Virus record (IMG/VR): IMGVR_UViG_3300034062_003964
Location: 57,468-121,467 of that record
DNA: 64,000 nucleotides
Strand: one strand, 5' to 3'
Source: a virus
In this document: in pieces, positions 38,878-47,548 of the stretch
How positions within the stretch are numbered: the first letter of the stretch is position 1
Layout of the letters: each line of letters begins with the position of its first letter
Position numbers and translations under genes: made by a program
Notes under the pieces: model-generated
Database searches by the model: none
Told to the model about the DNA's origin: nothing
What the model saw: the letters and a program-made list of their open reading frames with translations, nothing else

Positions 38878-40914
38878 ATGATTGACTCAGCAGACGGAAA
38901 CGAAAAACCAAAAAACAAAACTCAAGACGGCTCATCAAAAACACCGGTATTGGATAACTTTTCTCGTGACTTAATTAAGGCAGCAGAAGAAGGTAAACTT
39001 GACCCTGTAATCGGTAGGGAAAATGAAATTAATCGTATTGCACAAATTCTTTCTCGTAGAAAGAAAAATAACCCAATTATTATCGGAGAACCTGGTTGTG
39101 GTAAAACCGCAATTGTAGAAGGGTTAGCGAAGAAAATCTTTGAGGGTGATTGTCCACAGAATTTGGCAGGTAAAAGAATTGTTTCTTTAGATATGACATC
39201 TGTAGTTGCGGGAACAAAATATCGTGGTCAGTTTGAAGAACGTATGAAAGTGATTATGGAAGAACTTTATAATCATCCTGACATCATTGTCTTTATTGAT
39301 GAAATCCATACTATGATTGGTGCAGGTAACTCATCAGGTTCTATGGATGCATCTAACATCTTCAAACCAGCATTATCTCGTGGTGAATTACAATGTATTG
39401 GGGCAACTACATTAGAGGAATACCGTAAAAATATTGAAAAAGACGGAGCATTAGAAAGACGTTTTCAAAAAGTAGTTGTAGACCCCTCAACGAAAGAAGA
39501 AACTTTACAAATTCTACAGAACTCAAAAGACCGTTATGAAAATCACCACAAAGTAGGTTATAGTGATGATATATTAAAACTATGTGTTGAGTTAGCGGAT
39601 AGATATATCACAGACCGTGAGTTCCCTGACAAAGCCTTTGATATTATTGATGAGGTTGGTGCTCGTTCACAAGTAGAAATTAAACTACCTGAGATTATTG
39701 AAAATCTTAAAAAAGAAGCTGCAAAAATCAAAGAAGAAAAAGTTGATGTTATTAACAAACAAAAGTATGAGGAAGCCGCAAATCTTCGTGATAAAGAAAG
39801 AAAAGTTTTATCCGAACTTGAAGAAGAAAAAAGAAAGTTCGACCAAAATAGAGACTTATACCGACGTGAGGTAACTGAAGATGTTGTTTATGATGTCGTT
39901 TCTTTGATGACAAAAATTCCTATCAGCAAAATTTCAACTGATGAAACTTCACAACTTATCACATTAAAAGATACGTTATCAACAAGAGTTATTGGTCAAG
40001 ATGATGCCGTATCAAAAATTGCAAGAGCAATTCAAAGAAATCGTGTTGGACTTAACGACCCTAAAAAACCAATCTTTAGTGGATTACTAATTGGTAACTC
40101 AGGTGTCGGTAAAACCGAGTTGGCAAAACAATTGGCAAAACATATGTTCAATAGTGAAGACGCACTTATCAGATTAGACATGAGTGAATTCTCTGATAAA
40201 ATCTCAACATCAAAATTAACAGGAACATCACCAGGTTATGTTGGTTATGAAGAAGGTTCACCTTTCTTGAACAAAATTAAAAACAAACCTTACTCTGTAA
40301 TTTTGTTAGATGAGATTGAAAAGGCTCACCCTGAAATCTTTAATGTATTTTTACAAATGTTAGATGAGGGTATGTTGACTGATGGACACGGAAGAAAAAT
40401 CAATTTCAAGAATTGCATTATTTTGATGACATCAAATGTAGGTACAAAAGTAGTTCAGGATTTTGGTACAGGTGTTGGATTTTCCACATCAAATAAAGCC
40501 GAAAGAAAAGATGAAGAAATTAAATCTTTGTTAGAAAAAGAATTATTCAAAAAGTTTGCACCTGAATTTATCAATCGTTTTGACGACATCGTTTATTTTA
40601 AAGATTTGAACCAAGATGATTTATTAAAAATTGTTGATTTAGAGTTAAATAAATTCTATGAAAGAATTGAAAAATTAGAATATACGGTTGATGTTGATGA
40701 TACTTTGAAAAAACACTTAATCGAGGTTGGGACTGACACAAGATTTGGAGCACGTATTTTGAAAAGAACGGTTCAGAAGTGGGTGGATGATGCTATCACA
40801 GAAAAGATTTTAACTGACAACCCCGAAAAAGGTTCTAAATTTATTCTAACATATAACGATAAGGAAAAGAAAACTGACGTTAAAATAAAAAAACCTATAA
40901 AAAGAAAGAAATAA
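38878..40914 (+). CDS. clpC: ClpC-like AAA+ chaperone lacking the N-terminal Clp repeat domain
   Basis: LDPVIGR, GEPGCGKT, FIDEIH, ALERRF, UVR M-domain KYEEAANLRD, GNSGVGKT, GYVGY, LLDEIEK, VGF ClpP-docking loop. Confidence 0.92.
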   Translation: MIDSADGNEKPKNKTQDGSSKTPVLDNFSRDLIKAAEEGKLDPVIGRENEINRIAQILSRRKKNNPIIIGEPGCGKTAIVEGLAKKIFEGDCPQNLAGKRIVSLDMTSVVAGTKYRGQFEERMKVIMEELYNHPDIIVFIDEIHTMIGAGNSSGSMDASNIFKPALSRGELQCIGATTLEEYRKNIEKDGALERRFQKVVVDPSTKEETLQILQNSKDRYENHHKVGYSDDILKLCVELADRYITDREFPDKAFDIIDEVGARSQVEIKLPEIIENLKKEAAKIKEEKVDVINKQKYEEAANLRDKERKVLSELEEEKRKFDQNRDLYRREVTEDVVYDVVSLMTKIPISKISTDETSQLITLKDTLSTRVIGQDDAVSKIARAIQRNRVGLNDPKKPIFSGLLIGNSGVGKTELAKQLAKHMFNSEDALIRLDMSEFSDKISTSKLTGTSPGYVGYEEGSPFLNKIKNKPYSVILLDEIEKAHPEIFNVFLQMLDEGMLTDGHGRKINFKNCIILMTSNVGTKVVQDFGTGVGFSTSNKAERKDEEIKSLLEKELFKKFAPEFINRFDDIVYFKDLNQDDLLKIVDLELNKFYERIEKLEYTVDVDDTLKKHLIEVGTDTRFGARILKRTVQKWVDDAITEKILTDNPEKGSKFILTYNDKEKKTDVKIKKPIKRKK

Positions 40915-40915
40915 T

Positions 40916-40946
40916 TTTGCAAATGTTGAAAACTTTTGTACATTTG
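40916..40946 (+). promoter_or_regulatory. Bacteroidota sigma70-type promoter (-33/-7)
   Basis: TTTG-N19-TACATTTG upstream of the peptidase gene. Confidence 0.7.
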
Positions 40947-40960
40947 TAAAAAACAAAATA

Positions 40961-42019
40961 ATGGACCTACACAAATTTAAAGAACTCCTTTCAGTACCAT
41001 CTAAAACATATCAAGAGGAGGATATGGTAGAATACCTTTGTGATGAACTTGAGGGTATTGAGGGGGTGTCTTTTTATCGTGATGAAATGATGAACGTCTA
41101 CGCAACAAAGGGAACACTTGAAGAAGGTGAATTCTATCCGATGTTTATTGCTCACACAGATACGGTTCACACTAAAATTGATAAGATTGTCGTTAAAGAA
41201 GAAAAACTAAAACGTCCACACACTTTTGGTAAAACTTTTGACGACACTCTTGTTGATGTATTAAAAGCATACGACACAGATGGAAAACCAACGGGTATTG
41301 GTGGTGACGACAAATGTGGTATTTTTATTTGTTTAGAATTACTAAAACAATTAGACAAAGTAAAAATCGGTTTATTTGTAAGTGAAGAAACAGGTTGTCA
41401 CGGTTCATCAAAATGTGATGTAAACTTCTTACAAGATGTTGGATATATTACACAATATGATGCTCCAGGTAACCACCTAATTTCCGAGATTTGCTCGGGA
41501 GTTCGTTTATTTGACCGTGATAGTGAATTCTTTGAAAAAACATTAGAAGTAATTACTGAATCTTTTGGTAATGAGATGTTAGTTCAATCTCACCCTTATA
41601 CTGATGTTTCGCAGTTAAAGAAAAAAATTGATGTTTCTTGTATCAATATGTCTTGTGGTTACTATAACATGCACTCAGCTCAAGAGTTCATTTCAATTGA
41701 AGATGTAAAATGTGCGATTGAAGCTGGAAAAAATATGGTAAAAGTTTTGGGATTAAAAAAATATGAGTATCTTTACAAACCAATCATTTATACACCGAAA
41801 ACAATTATGAACTCATTTGTAGAAGATTTAGACCAAGACGTAGACGTATTTGGTTTTCAAGACGAGACTTTTCATCGTTTAGACACTATCGACGTTTATG
41901 AAGAAAAAGATGGTATCACATTAAGTGACGCTTATGAAGACGGATTTTTATTTATCCCCGATGAGGATTTAGTAAGTCTTTATGAAATTATTAAAGAAAG
42001 ATTGATTAAAAAGTATTAA
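40961..42019 (+). CDS. M20/M28/M42-clan metallopeptidase
   Basis: AHTDTVH, GGDDKCG, SEETG, YYNMH. Confidence 0.85.
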   Translation: MDLHKFKELLSVPSKTYQEEDMVEYLCDELEGIEGVSFYRDEMMNVYATKGTLEEGEFYPMFIAHTDTVHTKIDKIVVKEEKLKRPHTFGKTFDDTLVDVLKAYDTDGKPTGIGGDDKCGIFICLELLKQLDKVKIGLFVSEETGCHGSSKCDVNFLQDVGYITQYDAPGNHLISEICSGVRLFDRDSEFFEKTLEVITESFGNEMLVQSHPYTDVSQLKKKIDVSCINMSCGYYNMHSAQEFISIEDVKCAIEAGKNMVKVLGLKKYEYLYKPIIYTPKTIMNSFVEDLDQDVDVFGFQDETFHRLDTIDVYEEKDGITLSDAYEDGFLFIPDEDLVSLYEIIKERLIKKY

Positions 42020-43161
42020 CCAATATAAGGGACGAGTGGTGGAGTCACCAACATGTTCAAGATACGACTTAATGGGGCGGACCCAGTTTTAAATGGTTCT
42101 CCCCACGTGTTTCCTTTACGTAAACCATAATTAACCATTAAAGTATCTTTATCAACATCAAATACTCTAATTTCATATCCCCCTGGAATTTTTTTATTTG
42201 TATTAAATCCTGTTTTTTCACTTAGTGTGTTTAAAATTTGAAAATATTTTTTCATTTTTTCTTCACCACCTTCTTCGACCATTTCGTCTAAATCTTCCAT
42301 TAAACTTTCTAAAACTCTAATACTTCTTTTATTAAATTGTTCATAAAATACATCTCTGTTCCAAGCTTCGTATTGAATTTCATAATATTCAGGAGTGTGT
42401 TTTGTGACTTCTTTTTCTATTGCTTTAAACATTATGTCCATCAAACAATCTTCAGGTGTTCCGTATCTTACAAATAACATAATCGCATCACCCCAACTTA
42501 AATAATATTTCCAATAACAATTTTTTGATTGGTTTTCAATACCAATAACAGATAAAGAATTACAATATATTTCATCAATATAACCTGGCACTTCTGCATC
42601 TGTTGCCATATCATTCGCATTTGCATATGCGTCTATTAAATCATCCTTTGCTCTTTTACTTACAGATTCAATAAAATCATTTATTTTATCCGTTTCTTTA
42701 CCATCTTTCCACCGAACGTGATTATCAATAACTTCAAAGGAATTTAATAAGTGTGGTTGATATTTTTTTAATATCTCATATAAAAGTTTTAATGGTTCAC
42801 CTTTTATTGATTCAATTGTATACCCTTCATCCCAATCTTCACTTGCTCTATCCCAAGTATCCCATTCCCATTGGCCTCTACGCATAGAATCAAGATACCC
42901 GGCTTCATACCAACCATCAGTTCCTTCATCACCGTAAGTTTCTTTGAAAAAAAATCTTAGATATTCTTCTAATCCGTCATGGAAAGTGAAAGTTATACCA
43001 TCATAACCTACTTCATAATAGTCTGAATAATCTTCTCCGTCACACCCATCAAAATCAGTATCATATGGGTCAATCTTTCTTTTATTTAAAGCAAGAATTT
43101 TTTCGTAGTCGGTTAATTCCTTCTCTTCTTCTTGCTCAAAAATTTTTAAGATTTTTTTCAT
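42016..43161 (-). CDS. Hypothetical acidic protein
   Basis: 381-aa ORF with TATTTATA upstream. Confidence 0.7.
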   Translation of the reverse strand: MKKILKIFEQEEEKELTDYEKILALNKRKIDPYDTDFDGCDGEDYSDYYEVGYDGITFTFHDGLEEYLRFFFKETYGDEGTDGWYEAGYLDSMRRGQWEWDTWDRASEDWDEGYTIESIKGEPLKLLYEILKKYQPHLLNSFEVIDNHVRWKDGKETDKINDFIESVSKRAKDDLIDAYANANDMATDAEVPGYIDEIYCNSLSVIGIENQSKNCYWKYYLSWGDAIMLFVRYGTPEDCLMDIMFKAIEKEVTKHTPEYYEIQYEAWNRDVFYEQFNKRSIRVLESLMEDLDEMVEEGGEEKMKKYFQILNTLSEKTGFNTNKKIPGGYEIRVFDVDKDTLMVNYGLRKGNTWGEPFKTGSAPLSRILNMLVTPPLVPYIG

Positions 43162-43175
43162 ATATTTATAAATAT

Positions 43176-43207
43176 ATTGTTTAATACAAATCTTTGTATT
43201 ATATTTG
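43176..43207 (+). promoter_or_regulatory. Bacteroidota-type promoter for the tmRNA
   Basis: ATTG-N20-TATATTTG ending 23 nt before the tmRNA 5' end. Confidence 0.6.
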
Positions 43208-43230
43208 TAAAAAGAGTTCTTTGAAAATAT

Positions 43231-43629
43231 GGGGGTGTTTTTGGATTTGACAGGTATTGGCTGAGGAATAAGGGCACGTAGGGACTGAATTAATCTCTTT
43301 AAAAACTGATTCTACTTTTATACGGCAACGTACTTGATAACCTTTCAGTGGTTGGTTTAATTGCAACTGAGCAAGTTACTGTAGCCTAAGTTAGGCACGG
43401 AAACGGGGGGTCGGTCAGACATATAACCTAGCAACAGAAGTCGTTGATGAGTTGGTTTTCACTCTAAAAGAAAACAAAAAGGGTGTGGTTCCCCTAAAGA
43501 ACTACCACCGTCGCTGAGCGGTGTGAGAACTTAGATATTTCGGAAGGTATGAAAAACCTTGACCTAAACGTGTAGTCCTTATCTGACAGGATAGGCTGGA
43601 CGAGGGTTCGAGTCCCTCCACCTCCACCA
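43231..43629 (+). ncRNA. ssrA: tmRNA (transfer-messenger RNA)
   Basis: 5' GGGGGTG pairs with 3' CACCTCC-A-CCA including G3:U70; GGATTTGAC D-loop region; T-arm GAGGG-TTCGAGT-CCCTC; pseudoknot 1; tag ORF 43324-43389. Confidence 0.95.
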
Positions 43630-43635
43630 ATTAAA

Positions 43636-43657
43636 ATCCCCACTTCAGGGTGGGGAT
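43636..43657. terminator. Hairpin downstream of the tmRNA
   Basis: ATCCCCAC-6nt-GTGGGGAT; no T-tract on the plus strand. Confidence 0.5.
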
Positions 43658-43686
43658 AAAAAAAAGTAAAAATATTTTCAAAACCT

Positions 43687-43717
43687 TTTGGCAAATCAAA
43701 AAAAGGTCTTATCTTTG
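43687..43717 (+). promoter_or_regulatory. Bacteroidota sigma70-type promoter
   Basis: TTTG-N19-TATCTTTG. Confidence 0.7.
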
Positions 43718-43757
43718 TAGGGTAGTCATTAATTAACCATCTAAAAAAAATAAAAGT

Positions 43758-44297
43758 ATGAAAAAAGTAATCGCAAGTGTTTTAGTAATTGTCTCTGTAG
43801 TTTTAGGTTTAGCATTCACATTCATGGGTGAAAAAGAAGATAAACTATCAGGTAATTTTCAAGTCTTTGTTAACAGTTTTAAGTTAGTAGAGTCGACAGA
43901 AATGTCACCTAATTCTTTCAAGGACAGAACTGGTGATAGTTTGTATGAAGGTTTCCAACTTTATACATTTGATTTTGATTCAAATATCGTAACTCACGAA
44001 TACTTACTCAAAGGTGAGGGTGACCAAATCACAGACGTTGAAAATAAATCAAAAATTAAAACTATTGAGTCTGACGGTGAGTTTGCATACTTAACTATCG
44101 AAGATAAAAGTTATGTATATTCAAAAACAAATGAGAAATACGTTATTTTGAATTTGAATAGTAACCCAAAATACCCTATGGTAACTGTATTTTGGAAAAA
44201 CAAAAATACAATGAGCGCAACTTACTCAATCGACACAAACCCATTTGATGGTTTGTTCACTCAAGGTCCTGACCCAAGTAGAATCTTTAACGACTAA
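43758..44297 (+). CDS. Hypothetical exported/membrane-anchored protein
   Basis: MKK plus hydrophobic N-terminal segment. Confidence 0.7.
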   Translation: MKKVIASVLVIVSVVLGLAFTFMGEKEDKLSGNFQVFVNSFKLVESTEMSPNSFKDRTGDSLYEGFQLYTFDFDSNIVTHEYLLKGEGDQITDVENKSKIKTIESDGEFAYLTIEDKSYVYSKTNEKYVILNLNSNPKYPMVTVFWKNKNTMSATYSIDTNPFDGLFTQGPDPSRIFND

Positions 44298-44301
44298 AAA
44301 C

Positions 44302-44328
44302 AAAAAACCCCTCTTCGGAGGGGTTTTT
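44302..44328. terminator. Bidirectional Rho-independent terminator
   Basis: AAAAACCCCTC-TTCG-GAGGGGTTTTT between convergent genes. Confidence 0.9.
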
Positions 44329-44351
44329 ATTTATTTAATATTTTTAAAATA

Positions 44352-44849
44352 TTAAGCTAATTGAGCTCCTGCTGGTTTTTGAATTTGACCTTTGTAACCT
44401 GCAGTTGTACAAGCTTGCGTTGCTTTTGTCTGAATTGGTCCATTTGGTTTTGAGTTAAATCCTGCACCTCCTGTTAAAACGGAGTTGATATTGTCTTTAG
44501 CGAAAAAGTTAGCTTGTGCTCCGCAAATTTGATAAAAAGTTATATTACCTGTTTCTAATTTTTTAACTTCTTGACCATTTACTGAATAAGTCACAGCATT
44601 AACATCAACTTTTACACCTTGAACTTTTTTTCCTTGTCCGTCAGGTAACATCATAGGTGTAACTGTAGAACCCATAGATGCGTAAACGTTTACTGGAATA
44701 CCTGCTGAAGTTTGGCTACTTCTATGATTTTCATTTACCAAGAAATCACCAAATTTACCTAAAGCGGTCATACCATCTGTTTGTTCATTAATTACCCTTT
44801 TTACGATACGAGCCAAATCTGACTCAGTTAATCTTACAATTCTTTTCAT
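44352..44849 (-). CDS. Hypothetical protein with N-terminal RLTESDLARIVKRVINE leader
   Basis: 165-aa ORF; amphipathic leader ending in E. Confidence 0.7.
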   Translation of the reverse strand: MKRIVRLTESDLARIVKRVINEQTDGMTALGKFGDFLVNENHRSSQTSAGIPVNVYASMGSTVTPMMLPDGQGKKVQGVKVDVNAVTYSVNGQEVKKLETGNITFYQICGAQANFFAKDNINSVLTGGAGFNSKPNGPIQTKATQACTTAGYKGQIQKPAGAQLA

Positions 44850-44918
44850 AATTTTAAATTATTTTTATTTTTTTTATTATCTTTGTTTTATAAATATATC
44901 ATTAATTCAAAAAAGTAC

Positions 44919-45425
44919 ATGCAAACCTTCCTTCCATACAAAAATTTTAGAAAATCATTAGAAAGTTTAGATAATAAACGTCTTGGTAAACAACGTGTGG
45001 AAGCTTATCAGATTATATCTGCAATCACAGGTCGTACTCGTAAAGATGGTAAACCATATAAAGGTTGGTTAAATCACCCTTGTTCTGTTATGTGGAAAGA
45101 TTATGTAAACGCACTTAAACAATACTACAACGATAGTATCGATGTATGGGTTTCTCGTGGTTTTAAAAACACGATGGTTCACGAACATATTGAAGGTGAA
45201 TTTGTTTTACCTCATTGGTTGGGTACCGAGGAGTTCCACTCATCTCATAGAGCAAATCTTTTACGTAAAGATTCTGAGTATTATTCAAAACACGGTTGGA
45301 CTGAAGACCCTAATGACCCATACGTATGGATGGATGGTAAAGGTTTGTGGTATAAACAAACGGTTGGTAGTAAAGAAAGAGTATTTTTTAAACCAAATCT
45401 TATATTAGAATCCGTTGGTTGTTGA
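44919..45425 (+). CDS. Pyrimidine-dimer DNA glycosylase-like protein (MSMEG_6728 family)
   Basis: MQTFLPY…LDNKRLGKQRVEA.QI…W.NHP…SHRANLLRKD; TATCTTTG promoter element at 44878-44885. Confidence 0.8.
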   Translation: MQTFLPYKNFRKSLESLDNKRLGKQRVEAYQIISAITGRTRKDGKPYKGWLNHPCSVMWKDYVNALKQYYNDSIDVWVSRGFKNTMVHEHIEGEFVLPHWLGTEEFHSSHRANLLRKDSEYYSKHGWTEDPNDPYVWMDGKGLWYKQTVGSKERVFFKPNLILESVGC

Positions 45426-46256
45426 ATTATAGAAAACTAATCCGGTTACATTGGTAGTTTTTGTAATAGTAGGTGTTGAGTAATTAAATGTCATTGCGTC
45501 ACCACCACTTAGTTCACCAAATTGTATTCTTATTGGATAGTAGGTTCCGGCAGTTAGTGATATAGAACCAGAAGCCTCTTGCATTCCATGAAGTCCTCCA
45601 TTATTAACTGTAGCGTTTCCTGTGGTAAAACCTGTCTGAGCATTTGAACCTACCCATACATAAGATGCATCATCAGATGATGTGAAAAAAGTATATGTTT
45701 CGGAAGTTGTTGGTTTGAAATATCCTAACCATTGACAACTGAAATTAGAACCGTCATCGGTAGCAGGTTCAAATATAGACGTAGTTTGTACAGAAGTTGC
45801 AGGATTTCCACCGACTGATGCTGGGGTTGCGGTTGCAAAGAAATTAACATTATCACTAAAGTATCCACTGTAAGTTGTCTTATATAAACCTGCAACATAG
45901 GGTGTCACCCATGAAGTCCAATACCCATTTGCGTTTAACCAAGTTGTCGCGGCATCTCCAGTTGCAAAAGTTTGATTAGTGGATACCCTTTGCGCAATTT
46001 GAATAAATGAACTTTCTGTAAGTGCCGTTGACCTAAAAAAACCAACAGACGCAGTAACACCGCTAACAGGTGTTGGTTGGGTATTTCCAGATACAGATTG
46101 AGCAATGACATAACCCAAATCCTCATCAGGACCGTTCCACCATTTTGGGTTTCCGGTTACTCCAGAAGTTGGAGTCCCAACTGCAATATTTCCAAATTGT
46201 AATGTTCCACTTATTTGTGAACCTGTATTATATGCGAATGGTCTTGATGTTGGCAT
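45405..46256 (-). CDS. PA14-domain virion protein
   Basis: FSCQWLGYF…YTFFTSSDDASYVW…NNGGLHG…LTAGTYYPIRIQFGE. Confidence 0.85.
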   Translation of the reverse strand: MPTSRPFAYNTGSQISGTLQFGNIAVGTPTSGVTGNPKWWNGPDEDLGYVIAQSVSGNTQPTPVSGVTASVGFFRSTALTESSFIQIAQRVSTNQTFATGDAATTWLNANGYWTSWVTPYVAGLYKTTYSGYFSDNVNFFATATPASVGGNPATSVQTTSIFEPATDDGSNFSCQWLGYFKPTTSETYTFFTSSDDASYVWVGSNAQTGFTTGNATVNNGGLHGMQEASGSISLTAGTYYPIRIQFGELSGGDAMTFNYSTPTITKTTNVTGLVFYNSTTNGF

Positions 46257-46522
46257 TATATAATTGGATTAGGGTCAGTCCATTCAGGAGTTGATAGAAT
46301 TGTTAATATTTCTTCATATGTATATGGACCTTCTTTTGTTGTTAAATTACTAACACAAGTTGGCATTGTACCGTCCCATTTTACAAATGTTTTTGTTTCG
46401 TCAACTGATTTTCTAACCGTATCTGACGATGTTTCTAACACCGTGTTAAAATCAATTTGATTTAACTCACTAACGTTAAAAATCATAAATCTTCTGTTGT
46501 TGTATTCTTGTAATTCTGCCAT
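46256..46522 (-). CDS. Hypothetical protein
   Basis: 88-aa ORF coupled to neighbours. Confidence 0.7.
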   Translation of the reverse strand: MAELQEYNNRRFMIFNVSELNQIDFNTVLETSSDTVRKSVDETKTFVKWDGTMPTCVSNLTTKEGPYTYEEILTILSTPEWTDPNPII

Positions 46523-46541
46523 AATATTTTTTTATTCATAA

Positions 46542-47525
46542 TTATAATCCAAATCTGGATTTTTGTGCGTTATAGTTTTGAAGTATTTCTGATGCCGATA
46601 ATCCTCTAGTATAAATTCTAGCGATAGAAATATTTCCCGTTAAATATGTGTGTATACCAACAGCAGAACCTATAGTAATAGTTTCATTAGATGCGGTCCA
46701 AGGACCCGCAACGGTAGAGGACCCAATTGATGAACCATTTAAATAAATGGTATGGGAACTCCCTAATGTAGTGGCAGCAACATGATACCAAGTATTATAA
46801 CTTAAGACATTTGCTGGTTGTATCCCTACGTTATTTGTCCCATATCTTTGCCACAATAATTTTCGGTTTACGTCATACCATAAACCAAAAGTTCTATTAC
46901 CCGAAGGGTTGTTTCCTGTCCCAATAATACGAACCCAATCACTTGGCCCTGATGTAATGTAAATCCAACCTTCAACCGTCATATCACCTGTAAGTTGTGC
47001 TGATATTGCAGGTCCATTCACATAATCATTTGTTCCATCAAACACAATAGTACCTCCATTTGATGAACTATATGTGGGGTCATTTGTTAATGTTCCATTA
47101 TTTCCATTGTAAGATAAGTCACTCCAAGTTACTCCTGATTTTGGGTAAGATGGGACAAATCCGGCATCTAATAACATTGTTAACCCACTTGTTACAATAT
47201 TTTCATAATCTCTATTAACAACCATCGTTGTTGGATTTGTATTAAGGTGTGTAATTGCACTATATGTTGTGGAAATATTAACGCCACTATAAAAAGTTTC
47301 TGCCCACCTGATTAAATCAATATCACTTTCGGGTACTCTTATTGATGGACCATTTGCCGCTTTATTTTCATAGATTGTGTATCCACCTGCAGATGGAGTT
47401 ATACCATTCCAATGACCTGTAGTTGATGTTGGCCCCTTTGGTGTATCACCAACACCAATATACCAATTACCTTTTCGTAAAGATAACGTGTCTCCTGTTG
47501 TAGAATATTTTATAGTATTAGGCAT
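46542..47525 (-). CDS. LamG/concanavalin-A-like domain virion protein
   Basis: LDAG..SYP.SG.TW.DLS…FDGTNDY…WYHVAAT…IYLNG…YTRGLS.SEI.QNYNA. Confidence 0.85.
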   Translation of the reverse strand: MPNTIKYSTTGDTLSLRKGNWYIGVGDTPKGPTSTTGHWNGITPSAGGYTIYENKAANGPSIRVPESDIDLIRWAETFYSGVNISTTYSAITHLNTNPTTMVVNRDYENIVTSGLTMLLDAGFVPSYPKSGVTWSDLSYNGNNGTLTNDPTYSSSNGGTIVFDGTNDYVNGPAISAQLTGDMTVEGWIYITSGPSDWVRIIGTGNNPSGNRTFGLWYDVNRKLLWQRYGTNNVGIQPANVLSYNTWYHVAATTLGSSHTIYLNGSSIGSSTVAGPWTASNETITIGSAVGIHTYLTGNISIARIYTRGLSASEILQNYNAQKSRFGL

Positions 47526-47548
47526 TAATCTTTATAGATAAATACCTA

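Noticed and set aside
43590-43629. Stand-alone tRNA suggested by the T-arm and CCA end
   Set aside because: The acceptor partner lies about 390 nt upstream with a tag ORF in between, so this is the tmRNA 3' end.
43494-43694. 66-aa minus-strand ORF
   Set aside because: Antisense to the tmRNA 3' half; a typical spurious ORF.
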